A stretch of 64,000 nt of DNA from Candidatus Omnitrophota bacterium (GTDB lineage: Bacteria; Omnitrophota; Gorgyraeia; Zapsychrales; Aceulaceae), in assembly GCA_029564765.1 (NCBI GenBank), contig JAKQPK010000050.1, forward strand, positions 210,977-274,976, in the 5' to 3' direction. The notes below the pieces were generated by a model. It searched no databases. It was not told where the DNA came from and worked only from the letters and a program-made list of their open reading frames with translations. Positions 17,637-27,170 of this stretch are shown piece after piece. A program made the position numbers and the translations under genes. The first letter of the stretch is position 1. The number at the start of each line of letters is the position of its first letter.

Positions 17637-20600
17637 TTACGCCTTTTTCTTTGGCGCAAACGCTTCTGAAGCCAAGGCCTCATAAATAGCCCAGCGCTCG
17701 TTCACATCATTTTGCGCTTGCTCTAACAAAACTTTAGACTTCTCAGGGTTGCTAGCCGCCAAGGTCTTGAAACGTGTTTCCTTAAGCGCGTATTCAGCAA
17801 ATCCCATCTTTGGTGCCTGAGAATCCAGAACTAAAGGATTCTTACCTTCATCTTTAAACAATGGATTATATCTGAACAATGGCCAATAACCGCACGCGAC
17901 CGCGTCTTTTTGATAATCCAACCCTCGCCCCATGTTGATCCCGTGCGCGATACAATGGGAATACGCAATGATCAGCGATGGACCTGGATAATGTTCAGCC
18001 TCTAAAAATGATTTAACAGTATGCTCATCCCGCGCGCCGAGCGCGACATTGGCCACGTAAACATTACCATAGCTCATGATCATACGAGCAAGGTCTTTTT
18101 TAGGAGCAGGTTTTCCAGAAGCCGCGAATTTCGCGACAGCCCCGCGAGGAGTTGCTTTGGACATCTGTCCGCCGGTATTAGAATAAACCTCAGTGTCCAG
18201 GACCAAAACATTGACGTCAAAACCTGAGGCCAGAACATGATCAAGGCCGCCAAAGCCGATGTCATAAGCCCATCCATCACCACCCATGATCCAAACGCTT
18301 TTCTTGACCAACGTATCTACGATGCTCAAAAGCTGCTTCGCGTCGCTCGATGCGTCATTTTTGATCTTTTCCTTTAAGGTCTCAACGCGTTGACGCTGTT
18401 CAAAAATATCAGATTCTTCCACCTGCTTGGCTTCAACGATCGCCTGCGCAAGCTCTGTGCCGATCTTGCTTTCCAATCTTTTGACCAGCTCACAGGCGTA
18501 CTCTTGCTGCTTATTAAGCGCCAAACGAAAACCAAGGCCAAACTCAGCATTATCCTCAAAGAGCGAATTCGACCATGCCGGGCCTCGACCTTGTGCATTC
18601 TGCGCCCATGGCGTTGTTGGTAGATTGCCGCCGTAGATCGAGGTACAACCTGTAGCGTTAGCAACGACCATGCGGTCACCGAAAAGCTGTGACACAAGAC
18701 GAATATATGGTGTTTCTCCGCAACCACCGCACGCTCCTGAAAACTCAAACAACGGTTGTAAAAATTGAGAGCTGCGCACCGTTGGCTTAACCTTAGTACG
18801 ATCTAAAACAGGGATCGATGAGAAAAACTTCCAATTCTTAGCCTCTTCCTCCCTTAACGGGGGCTGAGGATGCATATTAATCGCTTTTTTGTTCGGATCT
18901 GCCTTGTCTTTCACAGGACATGTCGTCACGCACAAGCCGCATCCCGTACAATCCTCGACAGCGACTTGCAAAGTAAACTCCATCCCGCTGAGATCTTTAT
19001 CTTTAGCTGGAACATGCTTAAAGGCCGCAGGAGCGCCGGAAAGCACCTTTGGATCATAGGCCTTCGCGCGAATGACCGCGTGAGGGCATACGGTACTGCA
19101 CTTTCCGCACTGAATACAGATATCTTTTTCCCAGACAGGAACCTGTAGCGCGATGTTTCTTTTTTCCCATTGCGTTGTTCCTGTTGGAAAAGTTCCATCG
19201 CAAGGAAAAGCGCTTGTAGGAAGCTCATCACCGCAATTCGCCATGATCTTCGCGAGAACTTTTCTAACGAATTCCGGAGCTTCCTCTGAAACAACCGGCG
19301 GCATATCGATCATGCTTGTGACCTTATTGGGATATTCAACCTTATGTAGATTCTCAAGGGTCTTATCAACGGCAGCGAAATTCATTTTAACAACATCCGC
19401 GCCTTTCTTGCCATAGGCATGCTCGATCGATTTTTTAATCTCCGCGATCGCTTGTTCTCGAGGGAGAACGCCGGATATCGCGAAAAAGCATGTCTGCATG
19501 ATCGTGTTCACACGTCCACCCATACCGCTGGCTTCGGCCACCTTGTAACCATCAATGACATAAAACTGCAACTTCTTATTAATGATCTGCTGCTGGACTT
19601 GTTTTGGTAAATGGTCCCAAACCTCATCTTTTCCATAATAGCTATTCAACAAAAATACCCCATTATCATCAACATGGCGCAAGATATCATATTTCTCAAG
19701 GAACACAAATTGGTGACAAGCGAGAAAATTCGCGCGGGTGATCAAATACGGCGCGCGAATAGGATCAGGCCCAAAACGCAAATGGGATACCGTCATGCTT
19801 CCGGATTTCTTAGAATCATAAACAAAATACCCTTGCGCGTAATTAGGCGTGTTTTCCCCAATGATCTTAATGGACTGATGATTAGCGCCGACGGTTCCAT
19901 CTGAGCCAAGCCCGTAAAAAACCGCGCGTACACTTTTTGGGTTTTCGGTTGAAAATGATGGGTCAAATGAAAGAGATGTCTTAGTAACATCTTCTGTGAT
20001 GCCTACTGTAAAATGATTTTTCGGTTCTTTCTTTGCCATCTCATCAAAGACACCCTTGACCATCGCAGGGGTGAATTCTTTGGATGAAAGGCCGTAGCGA
20101 CCCCCGATCACCTTAGGAAGGCTGGCAAAATTTGAAGCGCCTTTCTCAAATAAAGCGTTCGTGACATCAAGATACATCGGCTCTCCGCCAGCACCAGGCT
20201 CTTTGCAGCGATCCAAGACTGCGATCGTTCGTGTTGTCTTTGGCAGGGCGTCAATAAACGCTTCAACAGCAAACGGACGATATAGGCGTACATTCAGAAC
20301 ACCGACCTTCTCACCTTTTTTCGTTAAGTGGTCCACTGTTTCTCTGCAGACTTCTGTCCCGGAACCCATCATAACGATCACGCGCTCAGCATCTAAAGCG
20401 CCGACATACTCAAAAAGCTTATATTGACGGCCTGTCAGCTTGGCAAATTTGTCCATAGCGCTTTGAACGATCGCTGGACACTTATCATAATACGCATTGA
20501 CGATCTCGCGAGCCTGGAAAAACACATCTGGATTCTGCGCAGTTCCGCGAATAACAGGATTGTCCGGAGAGAGAGCACGAGCGCGATGCGCAAAAACCTG

Positions 20601-21194
20601 CTCATCGTTGATCATCGACTTGATATCTTCATCCGTTAACAATTCGATCTTAGCAAGTTCATGGGAGGTGCGAAAACCATCAAAGAAATGCACAAAAGGA
20701 ACCCGTGATTCGAGCGTTGCGGCATGCGCGATCAAGGCAAGATCCATGACTTCCTGAACTGAATTAGACGATAACAGCGCGAACCCTGTCGAACGGGCCG
20801 CCATCACATCCGCATGATCACCAAAAATAGACAAAGCGTGCGTGGCGATCGTACGTGCAGCGATATGAAAAACGGTTGGGGTCAACTCACCGGAGATCTT
20901 AAACATATTAGGGATCATCAAAAGAAGTCCTTGGGAAGCCGTAAAAGTTGTCGCTAAAGCGCCTCGCTGCAATGCGCCATGGATCGCGCCTGCCGCGCCA
21001 CCTTCGCTTTGCATCTCTTGGACTAAAGGCGTTGTGCCCCAAATATTCTTTAAATTCTTAGCTGCCCATGCATCCGCCCACTCTCCCATATTGGAAGACG
21101 GGGTGATCGGATAGATCGCGATCACTTCGCTTACCTTAAAAGCGACATGCGCCGCGGCCTCATTACCGTCCATCATAATTTGTTTTCGTGCCAT
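17637..21194 (-). CDS. nifJ: Pyruvate:ferredoxin (flavodoxin) oxidoreductase, single-polypeptide NifJ/Por type
   Basis: About 1185 aa with the canonical N-terminus MARKQIMMDGNEAAAHVAF. Two 4Fe-4S CxxCxxCxxxCP motifs (CIQCGKCSTVCP, CTGCGLCVTTCP). TPP-domain GDGWAYDIGFGGLDH. The ORF track starts 18 codons upstream at 21248; the ATG at 21194 has AGGAAAG about 4 nt upstream. Confidence 0.9.
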   Translation of the reverse strand: MARKQIMMDGNEAAAHVAFKVSEVIAIYPITPSSNMGEWADAWAAKNLKNIWGTTPLVQEMQSEGGAAGAIHGALQRGALATTFTASQGLLLMIPNMFKISGELTPTVFHIAARTIATHALSIFGDHADVMAARSTGFALLSSNSVQEVMDLALIAHAATLESRVPFVHFFDGFRTSHELAKIELLTDEDIKSMINDEQVFAHRARALSPDNPVIRGTAQNPDVFFQAREIVNAYYDKCPAIVQSAMDKFAKLTGRQYKLFEYVGALDAERVIVMMGSGTEVCRETVDHLTKKGEKVGVLNVRLYRPFAVEAFIDALPKTTRTIAVLDRCKEPGAGGEPMYLDVTNALFEKGASNFASLPKVIGGRYGLSSKEFTPAMVKGVFDEMAKKEPKNHFTVGITEDVTKTSLSFDPSFSTENPKSVRAVFYGLGSDGTVGANHQSIKIIGENTPNYAQGYFVYDSKKSGSMTVSHLRFGPDPIRAPYLITRANFLACHQFVFLEKYDILRHVDDNGVFLLNSYYGKDEVWDHLPKQVQQQIINKKLQFYVIDGYKVAEASGMGGRVNTIMQTCFFAISGVLPREQAIAEIKKSIEHAYGKKGADVVKMNFAAVDKTLENLHKVEYPNKVTSMIDMPPVVSEEAPEFVRKVLAKIMANCGDELPTSAFPCDGTFPTGTTQWEKRNIALQVPVWEKDICIQCGKCSTVCPHAVIRAKAYDPKVLSGAPAAFKHVPAKDKDLSGMEFTLQVAVEDCTGCGLCVTTCPVKDKADPNKKAINMHPQPPLREEEAKNWKFFSSIPVLDRTKVKPTVRSSQFLQPLFEFSGACGGCGETPYIRLVSQLFGDRMVVANATGCTSIYGGNLPTTPWAQNAQGRGPAWSNSLFEDNAEFGLGFRLALNKQQEYACELVKRLESKIGTELAQAIVEAKQVEESDIFEQRQRVETLKEKIKNDASSDAKQLLSIVDTLVKKSVWIMGGDGWAYDIGFGGLDHVLASGFDVNVLVLDTEVYSNTGGQMSKATPRGAVAKFAASGKPAPKKDLARMIMSYGNVYVANVALGARDEHTVKSFLEAEHYPGPSLIIAYSHCIAHGINMGRGLDYQKDAVACGYWPLFRYNPLFKDEGKNPLVLDSQAPKMGFAEYALKETRFKTLAASNPEKSKVLLEQAQNDVNERWAIYEALASEAFAPKKKA

Positions 21195-21311
21195 TGCTTT
21201 CCTACCCTTTCTTAAATATCTGCCCTGGCAAAGTGATTTTGCGGGCATTGGTTCTATGATTTAATCCTGGTGATTGTCTTTGCAAATGCAGGTCTGTTAA
21301 AGAATTCTGAA

Positions 21312-21345
21312 ATTATAGCACGATTTGGCCAAATGAAAAGCATAA
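21312..21345 (-). promoter_or_regulatory. Candidate extended -10 promoter for the PFOR gene
   Basis: Minus strand TGcTATAAT (21320-21312), TTTTCA -35-like element 16 nt upstream, about 120-nt leader. Confidence 0.35.
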
Positions 21346-21387
21346 AATTAAAAGAATAGGGGCCTTTTTGCTTCGCAAAAGGCCCCT
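21340..21387 (-). terminator. Intrinsic terminator after the anti-sigma/vWA gene
   Basis: AGGGGCCUUUU / AAAAGGCCCCU 11-bp stem (21358-21387), 8-nt loop, then AUUCUUUUAAUUUU on the minus strand. Confidence 0.7.
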
Positions 21388-21416
21388 TCCTCAAACACCT
21401 CTACCTATATTAAAGC

Positions 21417-23516
21417 CTACTCTGTCGACCCTCCTTTAAACTGAATACCAACAGCCCCAAAGCTGGCATCTAGCAATTGAGCTTTCTTGACCAGATCAAT
21501 GAGTTCCGCGCGATAACCCCACGTATCGTTTCCCTTGGCCGCCGTTGCCGCGCTTATGACATGCTCATAAGAAGCTTTGCCCTTGTATTCTGATTTTCTA
21601 AGCAAAAGACCGAACTCTGCAACAGCTGAGGCGAACTGAAAATTATTTGATAATGGCTTATCAAAAATGTCACCTTTCTTAAGCGACTGCTCGATCAGCT
21701 GGCTCACATCCGCATCCGGCGCTTTATAGCGAAGCTTGATCGTCAAAAGGTCGTCGCTTGGGCTTACGGTTTGTTTCTGATATTTCAAGGCATCAACGTT
21801 GGACACTGCTTCGCTGGACCCCGCGGGAATAACCTCGTATAGCGCGGTCACCGTATGTCCCGCTCCGAGCTCGCCAGCATCCTTGGTATCATCATTAAAA
21901 TCCTCTTTGGCAAGGATACGGTTTTCATATCCAATCAACCGATACGCTTTAACATGGGCCGGATTGAATTCGATCTGGATCTTTACGTCCTTAGCGATCG
22001 TGAACAATGTTGAACCCAACTCGCTGACCAAAACCTTTTTCCCTTCATTCAGGTTGTCAATATAATAAAAATTACCGTTTCCTTTGTTTGCCAACTGCTC
22101 CATCTTAGCGTCTTGATAATTACCCGCACCAAAACCCAAGACGGTCAAGAAAACTCCTTCTTTACGTTTTTCCTCGATCAAACGCACAAGCTCGGCATCT
22201 GAAGAGACACCGACATTGAAATCACCGTCAGTCGCCAAGACGATCCGATTATTGCCATTAGATATAAAATTCTTTTTGGCGATCTCGTACGCAAGCTTGA
22301 TTCCTGCTCCTCCCGCGGTGGACCCTCCGGCATACAAATTATTGATCGCGCCAAGGATCATTTCTTTCTGATTTCCTGGTGTTGAATCTAAAACCAAGCC
22401 GGCGCTTCCGGCATACGTCACAATAGCCACGCGTTCGTTGGCTGTCAGCTGTTGAACTAAAAGACGGAATGACTGCTTAAGAAGCTCAAGCTTGTTTACG
22501 GACTGCATGGACCCTGAAGTATCGATCAAAAAGACCAAATTACTCGCAGGCAGCTTTTGCGCATCAAGCTTCTTTCCCTGAATCCCGACTAAAACAAGCT
22601 GGTGTTCAGCATTCCACGGACAAGTGCTTCCTTCAAGCGTTACGGAAAAAGGATCATCACCTTTTGGCTGTGGATAATCATAGGAAAAATAATTGATCAT
22701 CTCCTCAATGCGGGCTGCATCCTGAGGCGGCATCTGGTTGTTATTCAGGAACCTACGAATATTACTATAGGAAGCAGTGTCAACATCGATCGAGAAAGTT
22801 GACAGCGGATTCTGGGCGACTTCCAAGAATTTATTGTCATAGATGCGATTGTATCCTTCACGGCTGAATTCTGCAGGCGTCTGAGGATAAGGGAGCGGAC
22901 AGCCGATCACGCTCTCTTCTCTTGTGAGGCCAGCAGCCATCGATAGTGTTCTCTTGTCTGCCGCCAACCCAAAATGAGCTGATGTTTGCAGGGCTACCCC
23001 TTCGCTACGGCCGGTCCTCACGCTCGAAGCTTGATAATACGGTTCGTACTGCTGGGCGCTGATATCGTCTGCGCTTGACCGTAGCGCGCCTGTAATCGTA
23101 CGCGGAGAAACAGCTGAGGCAACGGTCTTGGCAAGCTGGACCGGTGCAGATACAAAAGTTGCCGCGTCCCGCAGCTGAGCACGTAATCCTTTTTGCGCAT
23201 AGAGCTGTAGACCGCCAACCAAAACCACCAAAACAACAACAGTTAATACTGCCTCTAAATATTTTTTGTTTTTCATCGAAGAACCTCCCGTTTGTCGACG
23301 AATGTCGAACTTATTCTGAAACTGTTTTTCCAGATCGGGAGAGGGAAGTTCATCTTTCCATGTTCGCAAAAGGGAAGAAATTTTTCGCAGCTTATCTGCG
23401 TACGCGCGGCACGAAGGACAACTCTTGAGGTGCTCGGCGACAAGAAGCTTTTGCGGTTCGGTCGCTTCATTGTCCATCATAAGCGAAATTAATTGTTTAC
23501 ATTCATGATGCCTCAT
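21417..23516 (-). CDS. Anti-sigma factor (zinc-finger type) fused to a membrane anchor and a C-terminal von Willebrand factor A (YfbK-like) domain
   Basis: N-terminal HLKSCPSCRAY zinc-binding anti-sigma motif. TM helix LEAVLTVVVLVVLVGGL. vWA MIDAS motif LVFLIDTSGSMQ plus the YfbK-like C-terminus. 14-nt overlap with the upstream ECF sigma gene. Confidence 0.7.
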   Translation of the reverse strand: MRHHECKQLISLMMDNEATEPQKLLVAEHLKSCPSCRAYADKLRKISSLLRTWKDELPSPDLEKQFQNKFDIRRQTGGSSMKNKKYLEAVLTVVVLVVLVGGLQLYAQKGLRAQLRDAATFVSAPVQLAKTVASAVSPRTITGALRSSADDISAQQYEPYYQASSVRTGRSEGVALQTSAHFGLAADKRTLSMAAGLTREESVIGCPLPYPQTPAEFSREGYNRIYDNKFLEVAQNPLSTFSIDVDTASYSNIRRFLNNNQMPPQDAARIEEMINYFSYDYPQPKGDDPFSVTLEGSTCPWNAEHQLVLVGIQGKKLDAQKLPASNLVFLIDTSGSMQSVNKLELLKQSFRLLVQQLTANERVAIVTYAGSAGLVLDSTPGNQKEMILGAINNLYAGGSTAGGAGIKLAYEIAKKNFISNGNNRIVLATDGDFNVGVSSDAELVRLIEEKRKEGVFLTVLGFGAGNYQDAKMEQLANKGNGNFYYIDNLNEGKKVLVSELGSTLFTIAKDVKIQIEFNPAHVKAYRLIGYENRILAKEDFNDDTKDAGELGAGHTVTALYEVIPAGSSEAVSNVDALKYQKQTVSPSDDLLTIKLRYKAPDADVSQLIEQSLKKGDIFDKPLSNNFQFASAVAEFGLLLRKSEYKGKASYEHVISAATAAKGNDTWGYRAELIDLVKKAQLLDASFGAVGIQFKGGSTE

Positions 23517-24090
23517 AGCGTTCCTCTGTGATTAAAAATGCCAAATGCTTTTTTAAGTTTTCCCGGGCGCGGAAAATAAGGATCTTAACTTTTTCCAAAG
23601 AACAATCCAAGACCAGGCTGATCTCCTGGTAGCTTAGGTTTTGATATTCACGCAGAACGATCACTTCCTTCTGTAGTGCAGGAAGCTTGTTGAGCGCCTT
23701 TTGGACGGCAGATGACAGTTCTTCTTCAGCCGTCACTTTTTCCGGATTCAGGCTAATGTCTGGAATATCCATCTGATGATATTCATCCTCTTTTTTGTCC
23801 TTTACCCAGAACGCAAAGAACCTGCGCTTCTGACGTAAACGCGTAAAACACATATGACGGGCAACCGTATACAGCCAAGTCGAAAACTTTGCCTGCGGCT
23901 TGTAGCTATCTTTCTTGACAAAAAGCGTGATAAAAATATCACTGACGATATCTTCCGCCTCGGCTCTATCGCTTAAGATCCGCAGGGCGTAGTTGAATAT
24001 CGGCTTTTTGTAGCGATGAAAGATCACCTCAAGCGCCTCCTTGTCGCCATCTTGATACGCCAAGATTAAGTCTTCATCACGGCTTTCCAT
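23503..24090 (-). CDS. ECF (sigma-24 family) RNA polymerase sigma factor
   Basis: 195 aa. Region-2 FNYALRILSDRAEAEDIVSDIFI. Region-4 HTH EVIVLREYQNLSYQEISLVLDCSLEKVKI. Confidence 0.85.
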   Translation of the reverse strand: MESRDEDLILAYQDGDKEALEVIFHRYKKPIFNYALRILSDRAEAEDIVSDIFITLFVKKDSYKPQAKFSTWLYTVARHMCFTRLRQKRRFFAFWVKDKKEDEYHQMDIPDISLNPEKVTAEEELSSAVQKALNKLPALQKEVIVLREYQNLSYQEISLVLDCSLEKVKILIFRARENLKKHLAFLITEERYEAS

Positions 24091-24142
24091 CTTGTCCTTA
24101 TCTTCCCTCTCCTACGTATTAAACGCGCCAGAGGACAAAAAG

Positions 24143-24817
24143 TTACACATTTTTTTCCCAGCGTTCCTGAAGGGCTTGAAACTCTTCTTCTGTGTAAGGC
24201 CTAGCGTCTTTCAAGAGGCTATCAAGAATTGGAGTTTTGGTTGAAAAAGTCTGGAGGAAATATTTCTTCGCGCCTTTAAGGCTATTTATGATATCTTGTA
24301 AATCATTGTTAGATATAAATTTACACACAAGTGTTGTGCGAAAATGATAATCTAATCCTGAGTTAATGATCATTCTGATGCTTTCTTGAATATGACTTAC
24401 ATCCACATCAATACCAGCTGCCTCGCGATAACGGCCCAAGGACGTTTTGATGTCCATCGCAATGTAATCAACAAGCCTATTATTGATCAACCTCTTTAAA
24501 GCTTTAGGATTATTGCCATTGGTATCAAGTTTTACCGCGAAACCGAGCTCTTTGATCTTTGCGAGGAACTCTGGCAGATCAGCGTGGATAGTCGGCTCAC
24601 CTCCTGTCACGACAACGCCCGTAAGCTGATCTTGTCGTTTTCGCAGGAATTTTAAGATTTCTTCTTGGTCTACGGGAGGGAGGAATCTTTCGGGGAGAAC
24701 CAAGTCGGGATTATGACAAAAAGGGCAGCGGAAATCGCACCCTTGGGTGAAGATGACCGCTGCCACTTTTTGAGGATAGTCGATCAGAGAAAACTTTTGA
24801 AATCCACCTATTCGCAT
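24143..24817 (-). CDS. nrdG: Anaerobic ribonucleoside-triphosphate reductase activating protein (radical SAM)
   Basis: CDFRCPFCHNP CxxxCxxC cluster motif plus VVVTGGEP. Directly downstream of nrdD. Confidence 0.85.
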   Translation of the reverse strand: MRIGGFQKFSLIDYPQKVAAVIFTQGCDFRCPFCHNPDLVLPERFLPPVDQEEILKFLRKRQDQLTGVVVTGGEPTIHADLPEFLAKIKELGFAVKLDTNGNNPKALKRLINNRLVDYIAMDIKTSLGRYREAAGIDVDVSHIQESIRMIINSGLDYHFRTTLVCKFISNNDLQDIINSLKGAKKYFLQTFSTKTPILDSLLKDARPYTEEEFQALQERWEKNV

Positions 24818-24916
24818 GCTTGTCCTGTTAGAGAACAGCTCTCTGTCTTCTTTGCTGAAAGGGGTCTGGTGCTGATCACGTTTTCAATTGAATATCGCTT
24901 TTGCTGGCACTTTTCT

Positions 24917-27034
24917 CTAACAGGATGAACAAATGCGATATGTTTTTCTCTGTGCAAATTCTTGCTTCTTACCTTTATTCCATTGCTGAACCGGCCGCAA
25001 ATATCCAACAACGCGTGAATAGATCTCACATTCAGCTTGGCACTTTGGGCAATGCTGATGCTCACCGGCGACATAGCCACAGCTAGGGCACACGCTAAAG
25101 GTTGGCGTGATCGTGAAGTATGGCAACTTATACTTATGACAAACTGTTTTAATAAGGGCTTTGAGACTTTCCGTGTCGTCTATCTTCTCGCCGACAAACC
25201 CGTGCAAGACCGTGCCGCCCGTGTAGCGGCTCTGTAGATCATCTTGCTGATCAAGAACCTCGAAGATATCATCCGAATAGCCGACAGGAAGGTGTGTCGA
25301 GTTGGTATAAAAAGGTTCCTTGCCTTTTTGGTATTCTTCTTCGTTAGCGCAAATGATATCCGGGAAATTATCCTTATCAACTCGCGCCAGGCGGTATGAA
25401 ACACCTTCAGCGGGCGTGGCTTCCAAATTATAGTTATTGCCGGTTTCTTCCTGGAATTCTGTCATGCGTGCGCGCATATAATCCAAAACCTTAGCGGCAA
25501 AAGCACGGCCTTTTTCAGAGGCAATGTTTTCCTGGAAAAGATTAAGGCAAGCTTCATTCATCCCAACTAAACCGATCGTTGAGAAATGATTCTTCCAATA
25601 TTCACCCAAGCGTTGCTTAACACCACGCAAATAGAATTTAATATAAGGGTAAAGATTGTTTTCTGTAAAGCTCTCCAAGACTTTTCGTTTGATCTCAAGG
25701 CTCTCTTTAGACAACAGCATCAATTCATCAAGCCCTTTAAAAAATGTTTTTTCATCTTTGGACGTATAGGCCAAACGCGGCATGTTGATGGTCACAACGC
25801 CGATCGATCCCGTTAGAGGTGAAGAACCAAACAGTCCTCCCCCACGCTTACGTAGCTCGCGATTATCCAGACGCAAGCGACAACACATACTGCGCGCGTC
25901 ATCAGGGCTCATATCCGAATTAATAAAGTTGGCAAAATATGGGATACCGTATTTGGCAGTCACTTCCCAAAGAGGTTTTAAATTTGGATTATCCCAATCA
26001 AAGTCCTTAGAGATATTATAGGTCGGGATCGGGAACGTAAAGACCCTTCCTTTGGCGTCTCCTTCGATCAAGACCTCAAGAAAAGCCTTGTTGAACATAT
26101 CCATCTCAACCTGGAATTCTTTATAGGTCTCTTTCTTCATTTCCCCGCCGATGATAACGTTTTGGTCCTTAAAATGTGACGGCGGATGAAGGTCGCAGGT
26201 GACATTGGTAAAAGGTGTTTGGAAACCAACTCTTGTTGGCACATTGACATTAAAGACAAACTCTTGCAGTACTTGCTTGACATCTTTATAGGCTAATCCA
26301 TCATAGCGGATAAAAGGCGCTAATAACGTGTCGAAGTTAGAAAAAGCCTGGGCCCCGGATGCTTCGCCTTGAAGTGTGTAAAAGAAGTTCACGAGCTGCC
26401 CTAAGGCGCTGCGCATGTGCTTAGCAGGTTTTGATTCCATTTTTCCTGAGGCACCCTTAAAACCAACCGTGAGCAGGTCCTGTAGGTCCCAACCGACGCA
26501 ATAAACGCTTAAAAGCCCTAGGTCATGAACATGAAAGTCTCCGGCGTTGTGGGCGTCCTTAACCTCTAAGGGATAAATTTTGTTTAACCAGTACACCTTG
26601 CTGATCTCAGAGGAAACATAATTATTCAATCCCTGCAAAGAAAAAGCCATATTGCTATTTTCGTTGACTTTCCAGTCCGCCTGCGTGAGGTATTGTTCAA
26701 CAAGGCTGACGTTACTGGCGGATGTGATCTCGCGGATCTTGGCATGTTGATCACGATAAATAATGTAAGCTTTTGCGGTTTTGCGGTACGGGGAGGATAT
26801 CAAAACTTCTTCGACAATATCTTGAATATCTTCAACTGTTGGCGCCGTGTCCGGACTCATGAGCTGCTGAGCAATGTTAATCACACGAAGTGTTAACTTC
26901 TGCGCAACATCTCGACCAAATTCACCTGTCGCTTCTCCGGCCTTTTCGATGGCCTTTATGATCTTCTCGGTGTTAAACGTTTCTTCAACACCATTACGTT
27001 TAACGATCTTGGTCAAGACCTCCGTGGTTTGCAT
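24917..27034 (-). CDS. nrdD: Anaerobic (class III) ribonucleoside-triphosphate reductase
   Basis: 705 aa. N-terminal ATP-cone. C-terminal Zn ribbon CPSCGYVAGEHQHCPKC. Glycyl-radical motif RVVGYLRPV. Confidence 0.9.
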   Translation of the reverse strand: MQTTEVLTKIVKRNGVEETFNTEKIIKAIEKAGEATGEFGRDVAQKLTLRVINIAQQLMSPDTAPTVEDIQDIVEEVLISSPYRKTAKAYIIYRDQHAKIREITSASNVSLVEQYLTQADWKVNENSNMAFSLQGLNNYVSSEISKVYWLNKIYPLEVKDAHNAGDFHVHDLGLLSVYCVGWDLQDLLTVGFKGASGKMESKPAKHMRSALGQLVNFFYTLQGEASGAQAFSNFDTLLAPFIRYDGLAYKDVKQVLQEFVFNVNVPTRVGFQTPFTNVTCDLHPPSHFKDQNVIIGGEMKKETYKEFQVEMDMFNKAFLEVLIEGDAKGRVFTFPIPTYNISKDFDWDNPNLKPLWEVTAKYGIPYFANFINSDMSPDDARSMCCRLRLDNRELRKRGGGLFGSSPLTGSIGVVTINMPRLAYTSKDEKTFFKGLDELMLLSKESLEIKRKVLESFTENNLYPYIKFYLRGVKQRLGEYWKNHFSTIGLVGMNEACLNLFQENIASEKGRAFAAKVLDYMRARMTEFQEETGNNYNLEATPAEGVSYRLARVDKDNFPDIICANEEEYQKGKEPFYTNSTHLPVGYSDDIFEVLDQQDDLQSRYTGGTVLHGFVGEKIDDTESLKALIKTVCHKYKLPYFTITPTFSVCPSCGYVAGEHQHCPKCQAECEIYSRVVGYLRPVQQWNKGKKQEFAQRKTYRICSSC

Positions 27035-27110
27035 CTACACCCCCTTCTATGAATAAATTAAAATGAGGAAATTATGCCGACGACAACCAAATCTGTAAAA
27101 TATCTTATAC

Positions 27111-27155
27111 CACAAGATATGGTATGTCAAGAATTTTGTTTCACAATATATAGTG
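27111..27155. promoter_or_regulatory. Tandem NrdR boxes upstream of nrdDG
   Basis: CACAAGATATGGTATG (27111-27126) and CACAATATATAGTG (27142-27155) match the NrdR consensus aCACwAtATaTwGTGt. Box starts are 31 bp apart. They lie 75-120 nt upstream of the nrdD start. Confidence 0.6.
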
Positions 27156-27170
27156 GAATCTGAAAGATAG

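Noticed and set aside
17637-21248. ORF-track start of PFOR at 21248 (MPAKSLCQGRYLRKGRKAMARKQ...)
   Set aside because: Canonical PFOR enzymes begin MAxK(x)IMMDGNEA. The ATG at 21194 has a proper SD, so the upstream 18 codons are probably not translated.
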